Below are positions 55,582 to 64,000 of a stretch of 64,000 nt of DNA, in pieces; position 1 is the stretch's first letter, and each line of letters opens with the position of its first letter. Location of the stretch: positions 96,001 through 160,000 of IMG/VR virus record IMGVR_UViG_3300045988_144812; one strand, written 5' to 3'. Both the position numbers and the translations under genes were made by a program. Source of the DNA: a virus. The notes under the pieces were generated by a model, which was not told where the DNA came from, made no database searches, and saw only the letters and a program-made list of their open reading frames with translations.

Positions 55582-56232
55582 ATGGCTATGTTAATTACAG
55601 GTGGTCGCGATGCAATGCGTAACCACATGTACGGAGCAATATCTCAAGATACCGCAAATTTTATTCAGAGCCAAATTGCCAGCTTAACGGCGACTTATGG
55701 TGATGTTGCTGCTGGATTTCAGAATCAGTTGATGTCTAATTTTAATGCATCGGCTATGAGATCCATTACTTTGGCTAAGAATAACCTGGACAGTACTGGT
55801 AATATGTTTGATGAAGGTGTGCGTAAATTATCTACAGTAGATGATTTCCGTATGGCTTCACTGAATAACCAGCATTACATTTGTAGTAATCCTTATTTCC
55901 TGAGAGAATTTACATCAGGACGTATGGAAGGCTGGAAGTTAGAACGAACTTATCCAGAATTAACTGGTGAGCGAGATCCATATTTCCAAAATGTAATGCA
56001 AGGTACTGTTCAGTATGGTGATGAGAATTGGGAAAGTGAAGATTCTGATGATGTCATTATTCAGTATTACAATGATGAGGTTGAAGAACTTCCAGAACTC
56101 ATGATCAATGAGAGATTTATCATCAAACAAAACTGGAATACATTATACAATCTGATTCATTCGAATTCTTCTGATGAAGAAGATTACGATAGTATTATTG
56201 ATCCAACCAGTATTGATGGTAATTTCTTATAA
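55582..56232 (+). CDS. hypothetical protein
   Basis: 216-aa ORF with RBS gaaaggaagttttATG and an acidic C-terminus. Confidence 0.7.
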   Translation: MAMLITGGRDAMRNHMYGAISQDTANFIQSQIASLTATYGDVAAGFQNQLMSNFNASAMRSITLAKNNLDSTGNMFDEGVRKLSTVDDFRMASLNNQHYICSNPYFLREFTSGRMEGWKLERTYPELTGERDPYFQNVMQGTVQYGDENWESEDSDDVIIQYYNDEVEELPELMINERFIIKQNWNTLYNLIHSNSSDEEDYDSIIDPTSIDGNFL

Positions 56233-56247
56233 TGTGAATTGTAAATT

Positions 56248-56272
56248 GAGTAGGTAGAAATACTACCTACTC
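56248..56272 (+). terminator. hairpin terminator (CTAC family)
   Basis: gagtaggtag-aaata-ctacctactc followed by T9. Confidence 0.85.
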
Positions 56273-56306
56273 TTTTTTTTTACTTTGTATTGTTGAGGTT
56301 AAGTAA

Positions 56307-56762
56307 ATGGCATTTACGAATAATGACCCAGACGTAAAGTTAGTTCCTACGTTAGATGGTATAGGATGGATAGATCGAGGTATCAATATTAAATTAGATA
56401 GATTGTTAGCAAATTTCTTTACATCAGATGGTTCACAATCTTCTCTTTACTATCGTATGTTTAAAACATATCAAGTAATCAACGCAGATAATGTTAATGA
56501 TGTCGAATCATTACGTTCGACAATGGAATCTTATCTGTATACTTACTTAAGCAAGTATTTTAATTCTGTTAATGTCGAAGTATCGTTAGCAGATATGCAG
56601 GGTAATAAGAAAGATCTTATGGATCTGCCCGAAGCAAGAATTGGTTTATTCTTGACCGTAACAGTAAACGATAAAGAAGGTTATATTGAAATGAATAAAC
56701 CAGTAATGTACGAAGGCGGTGTGTTTAAATACACGTTGGATAAATTTAATAAAGGTGGATAA
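56307..56762 (+). CDS. hypothetical protein
   Basis: 151-aa ORF with RBS tgaggttaagtaaATG. A very weak pattern resemblance to gp25-like baseplate proteins was not relied on. Confidence 0.7.
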   Translation: MAFTNNDPDVKLVPTLDGIGWIDRGINIKLDRLLANFFTSDGSQSSLYYRMFKTYQVINADNVNDVESLRSTMESYLYTYLSKYFNSVNVEVSLADMQGNKKDLMDLPEARIGLFLTVTVNDKEGYIEMNKPVMYEGGVFKYTLDKFNKGG

Positions 56763-56764
56763 TA

Positions 56765-57409
56765 ATGTCAGAAGTTAGTTTAATCGATATAGAGAAAAAC
56801 AATGCTGAAGCTGATGTAGCCAGTACTGAAGAGGCAATGAATATTGCCATTAAAGAACACATGCAGACGATTCAAGACATTCGACATCAGATCGATACTG
56901 AATTGTCTAGTATTGATGTAAATGATTATATCGAGAATTTTCTAGCACTTCATTGCGGATATGTTTCTGAGAATGATCAATACTCTATGGATACTTGGTT
57001 AGAATTTGCAGGTGGCATGTATCGTCCTGTAAATCTTACCCACAAAGGTAAAGTAATCGGACAAGTTCCTTCTTTGTATCCGGATGGTTTGTATAATTTG
57101 GTTTCTAGTGAAAAAGAAACAGTAGATCCAGATGATAAAACAGTAGGTAATACACTACAACAGATTAACCAATATGCCGAGAACTATCATGAGATCGGTA
57201 ATGCTGAACGTAAGAACTATTACGATGCGTTAGTATCTCGTGTAGATTCTGATGTCATTAATGCCCATAAAGAGAAATGGAAAGAGTTCTTTAGATTCAT
57301 GGGTGTTATTGATAAAAATGTCAACAGTACTGAGACTAAAAAAGAAACTCAGGTAAATGAAAATAAAAATAATATCAGTAATATCTTTTCTTCTGAAGAC
57401 GTATTCTAA
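56765..57409 (+). CDS. hypothetical protein
   Basis: 214-aa ORF with RBS aaaggtggataataATG. Confidence 0.7.
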   Translation: MSEVSLIDIEKNNAEADVASTEEAMNIAIKEHMQTIQDIRHQIDTELSSIDVNDYIENFLALHCGYVSENDQYSMDTWLEFAGGMYRPVNLTHKGKVIGQVPSLYPDGLYNLVSSEKETVDPDDKTVGNTLQQINQYAENYHEIGNAERKNYYDALVSRVDSDVINAHKEKWKEFFRFMGVIDKNVNSTETKKETQVNENKNNISNIFSSEDVF

Positions 57410-57433
57410 AGATAAACTGATAAGGAATTTGAG

Positions 57434-58561
57434 ATGTTAAGACCAATAAAAGGAAGAGTGTTTGGTGATGTTCATTTTTGCCATGCTCAAACACCTTCAG
57501 AGAAAATATTCGAAGAAGTGAGACATTACTTTCCTTTTTCTAAAGACTCTTATTCCTACGATATTACTGTTTTGGATGGTGATTACTGGGATAAGTTAAT
57601 GCCCAATAACCATCCAGATACATTTACGACTGAAGAGTCAATTTATTATTTATTAAAGTGGCATAAGCAACACGATTGTCTGTTAGTCATTGTGGATGGT
57701 ACACCACTTCACGATGCAGGACAAATGGAGAAGTTTGTCCACATTAATGAAAATTCCGGTATAGGTGCCGATTTAATATTTGTTAAAGATGTCGACATTA
57801 AGTATATTGACAAACTTGATATTCATGTTTTGTTTATTCCTGATCGTCCTCGTTCCTCTCCTGATGACACTTATCAGAGAGTTAAGGAAATAATGGAAGA
57901 AAAACAGTTATCAAAAATAGACATGGCGGTAATGCACGGTTGCTTCCAATATCAACTACCAGAAATTTCTGCTGATCACAAACACATAGAAGATAATTAT
58001 TTATCTATTGTAAAAGGACCAATATTTATTGGTCATGTCCATACACATTCTACATTCGATAGGATCATTGCTCCTGGATCATTTTCTCGTTTAAGACACG
58101 GTGAAGAAGAACCAAAAGGAATGATTGAATTCGTCATGGATGTAGATAATAGTTTTAGAGCAAAATTTATTGAAAATGAATTAGCTACTATTTATAAAAC
58201 CATCACTGTTACTGGATTGAATATTGATGATTCTTTAGATAAGATTAAAAGAATTGTTAATAAACTACCAGAGAATAGTAAAGTTCGGATAGAATGCGAA
58301 CAAGGACATCCTATTACTGCCGATAGATCATTCGTTACTTTAAAGGCAGAATATTTATCAATCAACTGGTCTATTAAAGTAGTTACTGATAAAAGTGTTA
58401 TTGCAACAGATAAAGAAGTATTTTCTACAGAGAATGAATACGTTCCATTAATCATTAATGAAAATAACATTATTGAGTTGATTGAAAGAAAAGCAATAGA
58501 ACGTGGTAATTCTAAAGAGCTTATTAAATTAATACCAGAATACTTACAAACTATTATATAA
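57434..58561 (+). CDS. Mre11/SbcD-like metallophosphoesterase nuclease
   Basis: Calcineurin-like motifs in the right order: GDVHF, LDGDYWD, VDGTPLHD, VMHG, IGHVHTH. Confidence 0.7.
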   Translation: MLRPIKGRVFGDVHFCHAQTPSEKIFEEVRHYFPFSKDSYSYDITVLDGDYWDKLMPNNHPDTFTTEESIYYLLKWHKQHDCLLVIVDGTPLHDAGQMEKFVHINENSGIGADLIFVKDVDIKYIDKLDIHVLFIPDRPRSSPDDTYQRVKEIMEEKQLSKIDMAVMHGCFQYQLPEISADHKHIEDNYLSIVKGPIFIGHVHTHSTFDRIIAPGSFSRLRHGEEEPKGMIEFVMDVDNSFRAKFIENELATIYKTITVTGLNIDDSLDKIKRIVNKLPENSKVRIECEQGHPITADRSFVTLKAEYLSINWSIKVVTDKSVIATDKEVFSTENEYVPLIINENNIIELIERKAIERGNSKELIKLIPEYLQTII

Positions 58562-58571
58562 GGACTAAATC

Positions 58572-59441
58572 ATGGATTTCACTAATGAACGAGAGAAAGG
58601 TAAAGTGCCAATATCTATTGGTACTTCGTTAGCATTTGAATCATTACTAAACATCCATGATGATCTGAAACACAAGATACCTCCTTATTTAGAGACAGAA
58701 GTAATCTGGATAAATGTCAAAACATTATTTCGTAATCTCTGGGGAGCAATCCCCAGAATACGACACGATTTAGTTTCAGATATGCAATTAGCAGAAGCGT
58801 TGATATTTGAAATGGAAATGATTAGAGATGTTTGTCGAAATGAGTGTCGTGGTTTAGAAGTAGTTTATTATTTACCTAACTATTTTGGATTAGGAACCAT
58901 TAATAATGAAGTATTGTTAAGAATGGATAATACTGAATTACAGAAAAACTACACAAAAAGAATGGTTAGAACTTTGGAGATTGTTTTAAAACGATATAAC
59001 CAAGGATTAGATATTAATAATGTGTCAGATCGTAACCACATGATTCGTATCTATAATAACCAGATTACTGATAGAGAGACAAGAAAAACATTCATCATTT
59101 CAAGCTATGCTTACGACTTAACCGCTTATAGGAAGTTCAGTAATTTAAAACTACTGGAAACACATACAGGAGCAATTAAAGGTCGAGAGCTATGGTATAC
59201 TAAATACGAAAATCATTCTGCGGTTCCTCCGATGCCGTTTAGATTAGACTTATTGACTATCTTAGGAGATAAAACTTTATTTCGTACCAAAGTACCAAAA
59301 TTAAGACAGGCAATAATCGAATTAGCCAAAGCGAATAGATGGACACCTCTTACTACTACAGATAAGATACGCATGAACATCGGATCTATTAAAGATTATC
59401 AAATTCGCCATCGATTATTAGATGTCATCACAGGCATGTGA
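58572..59441 (+). CDS. FEN / T4 RNase H-like protein, possibly catalytically degenerate
   Basis: By-eye parallels to T4 RNase H: KVPISIGTSLAFESLL ~ GICLIDFSQIALSTAL, KTFIISSYAYDLTAY ~ KILIISSDGDFTQLH, LLTILGDKTLF ~ MTKILKGDKKDN. Several Asp positions appear substituted. Low certainty. Confidence 0.3.
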   Translation: MDFTNEREKGKVPISIGTSLAFESLLNIHDDLKHKIPPYLETEVIWINVKTLFRNLWGAIPRIRHDLVSDMQLAEALIFEMEMIRDVCRNECRGLEVVYYLPNYFGLGTINNEVLLRMDNTELQKNYTKRMVRTLEIVLKRYNQGLDINNVSDRNHMIRIYNNQITDRETRKTFIISSYAYDLTAYRKFSNLKLLETHTGAIKGRELWYTKYENHSAVPPMPFRLDLLTILGDKTLFRTKVPKLRQAIIELAKANRWTPLTTTDKIRMNIGSIKDYQIRHRLLDVITGM

Positions 59442-59513
59442 ATAAATTCACTACTTGCTTATTTAATGAAACACAATTACATTTCACTTTAAACCTTTTA
59501 TAGGACTTTTAAA

Positions 59514-60209
59514 ATGGCTGAACAACAACAATTTGCTTCTAAGTATCGTCGTAATATTACCCATACTCGTATCATGTCTTTGTGGGGTCGTAACGAAGAG
59601 AAAACCGTAGCTTCCTTTAACCTTTATGTTACTGGCAATGTATTGCATTTAACAGTATATACTGGTTTGTCCGAAGACAAACAACGCCGACAAAAACAAA
59701 TTAAGTTTGATTTTAAAGACGGTCAAATTACATCATTCCTGGCAATCTTGCAAGGATTGGTACAATTGTCAGAGCTTCCATTTGATGGTGAGGCACGTAC
59801 AATCGTTTCTTCTATCTTTGGTTATGTTAAGTTCAAAGACATGGACAAAGCAGAACGTCGTGAGATCGGTAAGATCTTGGTAGGTCGCGATAAGAATGGT
59901 ATCTACTTTATCTCTGCCATTAACAATACTCATGGTCGAGTTAAGTTTAACTTTGAACTGGATCGCGATATTGTTATTTACGACATTAACTCTAACGAAC
60001 CTATCGAACCTAAAGAAGCTTCTGAACGCATGATGCTTCAATTTGTTAATAATGCTAAACTGATTTTGGCAAATGTCTTGACTCAAGAATTTGTCGATAA
60101 AGATTCTGAAAAAGAAGGTGGTCAGTCTGGTAGTAATAACAATAACGGTAATCGTCAATCTAGTGGTAATACTTCTGCTGCTGATGATTTCGATTCTTTG
60201 CTTCCTTAA
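59514..60209 (+). CDS. putative ssDNA-binding protein
   Basis: 231 aa with expression-type codons. A globular N-terminal part, then a G/S/N/Q linker (GGQSGSNNNNGNRQSSGNTS) and an acidic tip AADDFDSLLP, which is the bacterial-SSB-style architecture. Neighbours are nuclease genes. Confidence 0.4.
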   Translation: MAEQQQFASKYRRNITHTRIMSLWGRNEEKTVASFNLYVTGNVLHLTVYTGLSEDKQRRQKQIKFDFKDGQITSFLAILQGLVQLSELPFDGEARTIVSSIFGYVKFKDMDKAERREIGKILVGRDKNGIYFISAINNTHGRVKFNFELDRDIVIYDINSNEPIEPKEASERMMLQFVNNAKLILANVLTQEFVDKDSEKEGGQSGSNNNNGNRQSSGNTSAADDFDSLLP

Positions 60210-60226
60210 TCTTTAATGCTACACTA

Positions 60227-60252
60227 CTCTAGAGGCCCGCAAGCCTCTAGAG
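60227..60252 (+). terminator. hairpin (CTCTAG variant) after the SSB-like gene
   Basis: ctctagaggc-ccgcaa-gcctctagag. Weak T tract. Confidence 0.5.
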
Positions 60253-60348
60253 AGTTTAGTATAAATTATTACAACAATATAATATTATATTGTAAGGGTA
60301 GACGTATCCTTATACTTTAGTTTGTTAACAATCAAAAAGGAAACTATC

Positions 60349-61947
60349 GTGTCACAACTTTATTTTGACATGTCAGGAAACAAAGCGTCGATACACGTGA
60401 AGTATGGTTCCGAAACAGTTACTTTCAGTTCTCTTTATTACATTAAGGGAAAAGACAGTAATGATGTTGAAACCGCCGCATCACCTTATAATGAATTTAA
60501 CCAATGGATCACCACAAAACCACAAGCGTGGCAGAGTGAGCTATTTGGTTATTATAAGGATCTAAGAAACACAATCGATACGGTTAATAACGTAGAACTT
60601 CTTTTACAACAATTAAATAAGATTTTTGTAAAAGTATACGACATGATTTCTCTAGAAGAAATCAAGATGTGGATTATTAACCCTAATACTCCAGTATACG
60701 TAACCACAAAACCATCTACTCGATACGATGAGAATAGAATTGCAGTACCAAAAGAAACAACTTACGAATACGAAGACTATTTGGAATTGGTGATTTATTC
60801 TTTCGCATTGCGACTGGCAGCACCTGTGTTAGGTGAAGTAACTTATCGTCGATTGCGTGAAGAGTACGGTAGAAATGCTAAAGAAGTATATGCAATGGAA
60901 ATGTTGCATGGTACCGTTTTAGATGATTGTCGTGCAGAGCAACGATTAAAAGAATTCATGGCGAATACAAAGGTACAAACAGATATTAATAATATCGTTG
61001 TATCTGGATTATCTGAAGAAGATTTCCAAAACTACATGTATGCCATTATTGTTTTAAAGAAAGTTACATTAGGGGATATTTCTGGTGCAGATGGTAGCTA
61101 TCAGTTAATTAAAGATATCTATTATTTGTATCGTTCTAAGATTAAACAAATTTCTAAGCCGTCTACTACGGATCCTAATCAAGTACAAATTAAACGAAAT
61201 CCAATTACGGATAACAATAGTTTTTCAGAAAGTAATTCACAATCTATTTTAGATGTGGGTTATGCTCGTAGTAACCTATTGTCGGATGATAAGATTTTTC
61301 TGAAGATGGCAATTAATGACCATGCTCAATTAATCAATACACTTTGTCCAGATCTTCCGATTGAACTTTATTACGAATCACTTGACGCAATGCGTACTAA
61401 GTTTGATTTATCTATTCAGTCCAATGAAGATGGTTATTCTAAACCGTTGCAGGAAGTACAATTAACTATTTTGAAATGGTTGGTTGATGAATCTGTTAAT
61501 ACCGTGATATTTGACTCTCTTGAATTGGAAGAGTTTATTGGATTGATTGCGGTCATTCGAGCAATTCTTTGGTATCGTGAGTTTTACGAATTTGCAGCGA
61601 TTATTTCAGCAATCTCTTTAGAACCACGTTTCGATCAAATCCATATTCCTTATTCACATCGGGATAATATTACTCCAGCGATTCAGGAAATGTTGGAAAA
61701 ACGATTTGATTTAGCTGGAAATACTAAATCTGAAAAACGCAATATGTCTGCAATCGGATGTATTGGTTTAATTGAGACAGAGATTTCTGGAACCAACTGG
61801 TTACTAACCTTACCCGATTCATGGTTAGCTCAAAACAAAATCCAAACAAAAGAAGGACGTTTGATTGTACAATCTAATATCCGAAATCGTATTGCTGAAT
61901 TAATGCTCTTCATCGAAGCAAATCAAAAGCTAATTGAAGATATCTAA
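60349..61947 (+). CDS. hypothetical protein
   Basis: Start chosen at GTG 60349 (aaaggaaactatcGTG). The track's TTG at 60322 or ATG at 60370 are possible. About 532 aa. Confidence 0.65.
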   Translation: MSQLYFDMSGNKASIHVKYGSETVTFSSLYYIKGKDSNDVETAASPYNEFNQWITTKPQAWQSELFGYYKDLRNTIDTVNNVELLLQQLNKIFVKVYDMISLEEIKMWIINPNTPVYVTTKPSTRYDENRIAVPKETTYEYEDYLELVIYSFALRLAAPVLGEVTYRRLREEYGRNAKEVYAMEMLHGTVLDDCRAEQRLKEFMANTKVQTDINNIVVSGLSEEDFQNYMYAIIVLKKVTLGDISGADGSYQLIKDIYYLYRSKIKQISKPSTTDPNQVQIKRNPITDNNSFSESNSQSILDVGYARSNLLSDDKIFLKMAINDHAQLINTLCPDLPIELYYESLDAMRTKFDLSIQSNEDGYSKPLQEVQLTILKWLVDESVNTVIFDSLELEEFIGLIAVIRAILWYREFYEFAAIISAISLEPRFDQIHIPYSHRDNITPAIQEMLEKRFDLAGNTKSEKRNMSAIGCIGLIETEISGTNWLLTLPDSWLAQNKIQTKEGRLIVQSNIRNRIAELMLFIEANQKLIEDI

Positions 61948-61958
61948 CTGTAAAGGAA
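61944..61958 (+). promoter_or_regulatory. class-II box (short variant)
   Basis: ctaactgtaaaggaa before ATG 61966. Overlaps the upstream stop codon. Confidence 0.4.
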
Positions 61959-61965
61959 CAAACAT

Positions 61966-63585
61966 ATGGCATCTTATAATTCCATTGCTGGAAATGCTGG
62001 TCAACGAATCAATTTCAGAATTGAATCTTTGAAACTTGTCCGTGTTAACGGTTTTCAGGATCAGTACTTGCGTCCATATCGTACCGCAATGACAAATACG
62101 GTAGAAAATAACATTCGTGAAATGACGGATCAGTTTAATGGACGTATTCCGACCAGTCGAATCTCTGAAGCATGTAATGATTTCATCATGCCGTCAGATC
62201 GAGTAGAAAGTTATCAAGGTCGTTCTGTAAGCGTAGCAATGCCTAACGGCTGGAAAGAACATCGCTATACGTTTATCATGGTTGTTGAAACAACTATCGA
62301 TAATCTAGCAACTCGTGAATTGGTTACTGGATATACTGACCGTTGTGATGCGACATATGGACAAGGTGGTTATGGTGGTACAATCCATATTGCTCCAGAT
62401 ACTGTTTTCTATGTAAATGCAGTAACTAAGCTATCTCAACGTTCTGTTAACGGAATCGTTGTACCTACTGTTGTTAACAGTTATTCTGTTATTGGTGGGG
62501 GATTTTCTACAGATGCTTACTTAGGAGCCACTACTTGGCGAATGACTCCGCAGAACATGATTCAGTCTGCTCGAAACAGTAATGTGGAAGGTTTATCCAG
62601 TATTCCACCTACTGGTAGTGCGCCTATCATTGGTTCTGATTATCGTCAAGTACAAAACGCAGCCGTACTTACTAACCGCAATAATAACTCGCCAACGAAT
62701 GTATTCTCTAAAATTATTGAGAATATGGCAACTTCGATTAATGCCGACGCGACATCTGGCATGGTGGATCCTATCATTGCACAAGATCAAGTACGAGCAG
62801 CCGTAGCCGACCCATCTATTTTCAATTCTATCTTCATGAATTCGTTGTATAACTATTTTAGTCAACGTATTGCTTGTTTTGATTTTGGATTCTTAACACA
62901 GATTAATCCAATGATCGACCAAATTATGGCAGTTGATGATAAAGGTTATCAAACAACACAATACCAAGGTATGTGGGATAAACCAACGATTGAATCAATC
63001 ATGGCGGTAGTGGTGTCGAATATTGTTACTTCATTCATGACAAGTGCTTCATTAACTTCGATTGAATTTACAACGACAAATATGTTGCCAGTAATGGTTG
63101 GTGGAGCTGTTTCATCGTTCCAGACAGATACTAAGATCAGTGATGTTCGTGGCTTTAATCAAACCTTAGCTTATCGAAACTTCATTCCATCTTATTGTCA
63201 ACGTCTGACAGATGAACTGGGTCCGATCGTATCTCGTAATAATAATGCTGGTTTCAGTTTGTATGTTCGTGCGGATATGGGTATTGATATATTTATTCGA
63301 TTGAAGTACGATAATGGTATTGAAGAAGCATTCGTATTCCCAATGTTTGCTGACTCAATCATTTCACCTATCTTGACCACAAATAGTGACTTGTTTAGAC
63401 ACAACTCTAACGATATTAATGCAGCAATGAATATCGTTACGGATGTATTTGATGAGAAATTATTTGGTGGTTCTAGTCGTCAAGGATGGGGTACGCCAAT
63501 GATGGGTAATAACGATAACGTTAATACCGCAATGAATTGGGGATCTCCAGTTCAAACTCCAGATAACCAAAAACAACACTTTTAA
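61966..63585 (+). CDS. hypothetical protein (possibly virion-associated)
   Basis: 539-aa ORF with RBS aaaggaacaaacatATG and moderately biased codons. Confidence 0.7.
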   Translation: MASYNSIAGNAGQRINFRIESLKLVRVNGFQDQYLRPYRTAMTNTVENNIREMTDQFNGRIPTSRISEACNDFIMPSDRVESYQGRSVSVAMPNGWKEHRYTFIMVVETTIDNLATRELVTGYTDRCDATYGQGGYGGTIHIAPDTVFYVNAVTKLSQRSVNGIVVPTVVNSYSVIGGGFSTDAYLGATTWRMTPQNMIQSARNSNVEGLSSIPPTGSAPIIGSDYRQVQNAAVLTNRNNNSPTNVFSKIIENMATSINADATSGMVDPIIAQDQVRAAVADPSIFNSIFMNSLYNYFSQRIACFDFGFLTQINPMIDQIMAVDDKGYQTTQYQGMWDKPTIESIMAVVVSNIVTSFMTSASLTSIEFTTTNMLPVMVGGAVSSFQTDTKISDVRGFNQTLAYRNFIPSYCQRLTDELGPIVSRNNNAGFSLYVRADMGIDIFIRLKYDNGIEEAFVFPMFADSIISPILTTNSDLFRHNSNDINAAMNIVTDVFDEKLFGGSSRQGWGTPMMGNNDNVNTAMNWGSPVQTPDNQKQHF

Positions 63586-63594
63586 GGAAATAAC

Positions 63595-64000
63595 ATGAAT
63601 ATGTTAGAAACTTACCAACGCATCCTGAATACATGTAATTTGCATGTAGACGATGCAGGCATGGTAAAACGTCAGTTTAATAATAAAATGATTCCTTTGG
63701 GAATTAAGTTTGGAGAGGAACATCGTTACATGGTTCTCCCAACACGAGAGAATCTTAATTCTCCTCAAGTAGCCAGCTATGTTATTTTCCATCCGTTTAT
63801 CGAAAACCTGGCTCGTTCTGAATCACGAGTATTGTCAGTAATTCGTAAAGAATTCATTCGACATTATGGTGCACAATTAGCTTACTTGATGACTACGTTA
63901 GTAGACTTGTCTAGTTTTGGTAAGCACAACGAACTGACTCCAGAGCAATTGGAGATTATTGGTAAGTTTGGTAAAACCGATAAAACATTTGCAGAAAACT
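63595..64000 (+). CDS. hypothetical protein, 5' partial (runs off the window)
   Basis: taaggaaataacATG, product MNMLETYQRILNTCNLHVDDAG... No stop through 64000, so it is absent from the ORF track. The track's minus ORF 63604..63792 is its antisense shadow. Confidence 0.7.
   Translation, partial: MNMLETYQRILNTCNLHVDDAGMVKRQFNNKMIPLGIKFGEEHRYMVLPTRENLNSPQVASYVIFHPFIENLARSESRVLSVIRKEFIRHYGAQLAYLMTTLVDLSSFGKHNELTPEQLEIIGKFGKTDKTFAEN

Noticed and set aside
56307-56762. Possible gp25-like baseplate wedge protein.
   Set aside because: There is only a loose pattern resemblance to T4 gp25 (VESLRSTMESYLYTYLSKYF.., IGLFLTVTV). That is not enough for a functional call without an HMM search.
59769-60158. 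129-aa minus-strand ORF opposite the SSB-like gene. Similar antisense or alternative-frame ORFs occur at 62582..62865, 63198..63404 and 63604..63792.
   Set aside because: These are shadow ORFs inside longer, RBS-equipped plus-strand genes. 63604..63792 is antisense to the partial gene starting at 63595.
1-64000. Search by eye for tRNA genes, CRISPR arrays, rRNA, integrase/att sites, and a PhuZ-type tubulin (GGGTGSG).
   Set aside because: I found no T-loop (GGTTCGAAT-like) in a non-coding context, no regularly spaced direct repeats, no integrase or recombinase motifs, and no tubulin signature in any ORF. Absence by eye is not proof; tRNAscan-SE and a CRISPR finder should be run.

Overview
A 64-kb segment of an AT-rich, densely packed dsDNA jumbo-phage genome of the phiKZ-like, nucleus-forming (Chimalliviridae-type) kind. 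I saw no host genes, rRNA, tRNA or CRISPR array. Recognisable content: class Ia ribonucleotide reductase, very E. coli-like, with nrdB split by an ORF-less group I intron and nrdA (minus strand) split by a LAGLIDADG intein, an ORF-less group I intron and a mini-intein; NAD-dependent DNA ligase; a free-standing HNH homing endonuclease; a contractile-tail sheath and putative tube; large terminase; a polymerase-domain-only family-B-like DNA polymerase; a 637-aa strongly codon-biased protein directly upstream of a split RNA polymerase beta-prime N-terminal subunit, which is the chimallin + nvRNAP gene order I recall for phiKZ; an Mre11/SbcD-like nuclease; FEN/RNase H-like and SSB-like proteins; and about 45 hypothetical proteins. 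The non-coding layer is unusually regular. It has a sequence-conserved terminator hairpin family (CTCTAC..GTAGAG), a ~28-nt AT-rich promoter-like box after terminators, and a CTAACT..TATAAAGGAA box abutting many start codons. The least explained parts are a ~400-nt gene-free unit (47019-47422) bounded by a promoter-like box and a GC-rich hairpin, and the adjacent six-gene, SD-poor cassette of unknown function (43828-47018). All homology statements come from motif recognition and remembered reference sequences, not from searches.
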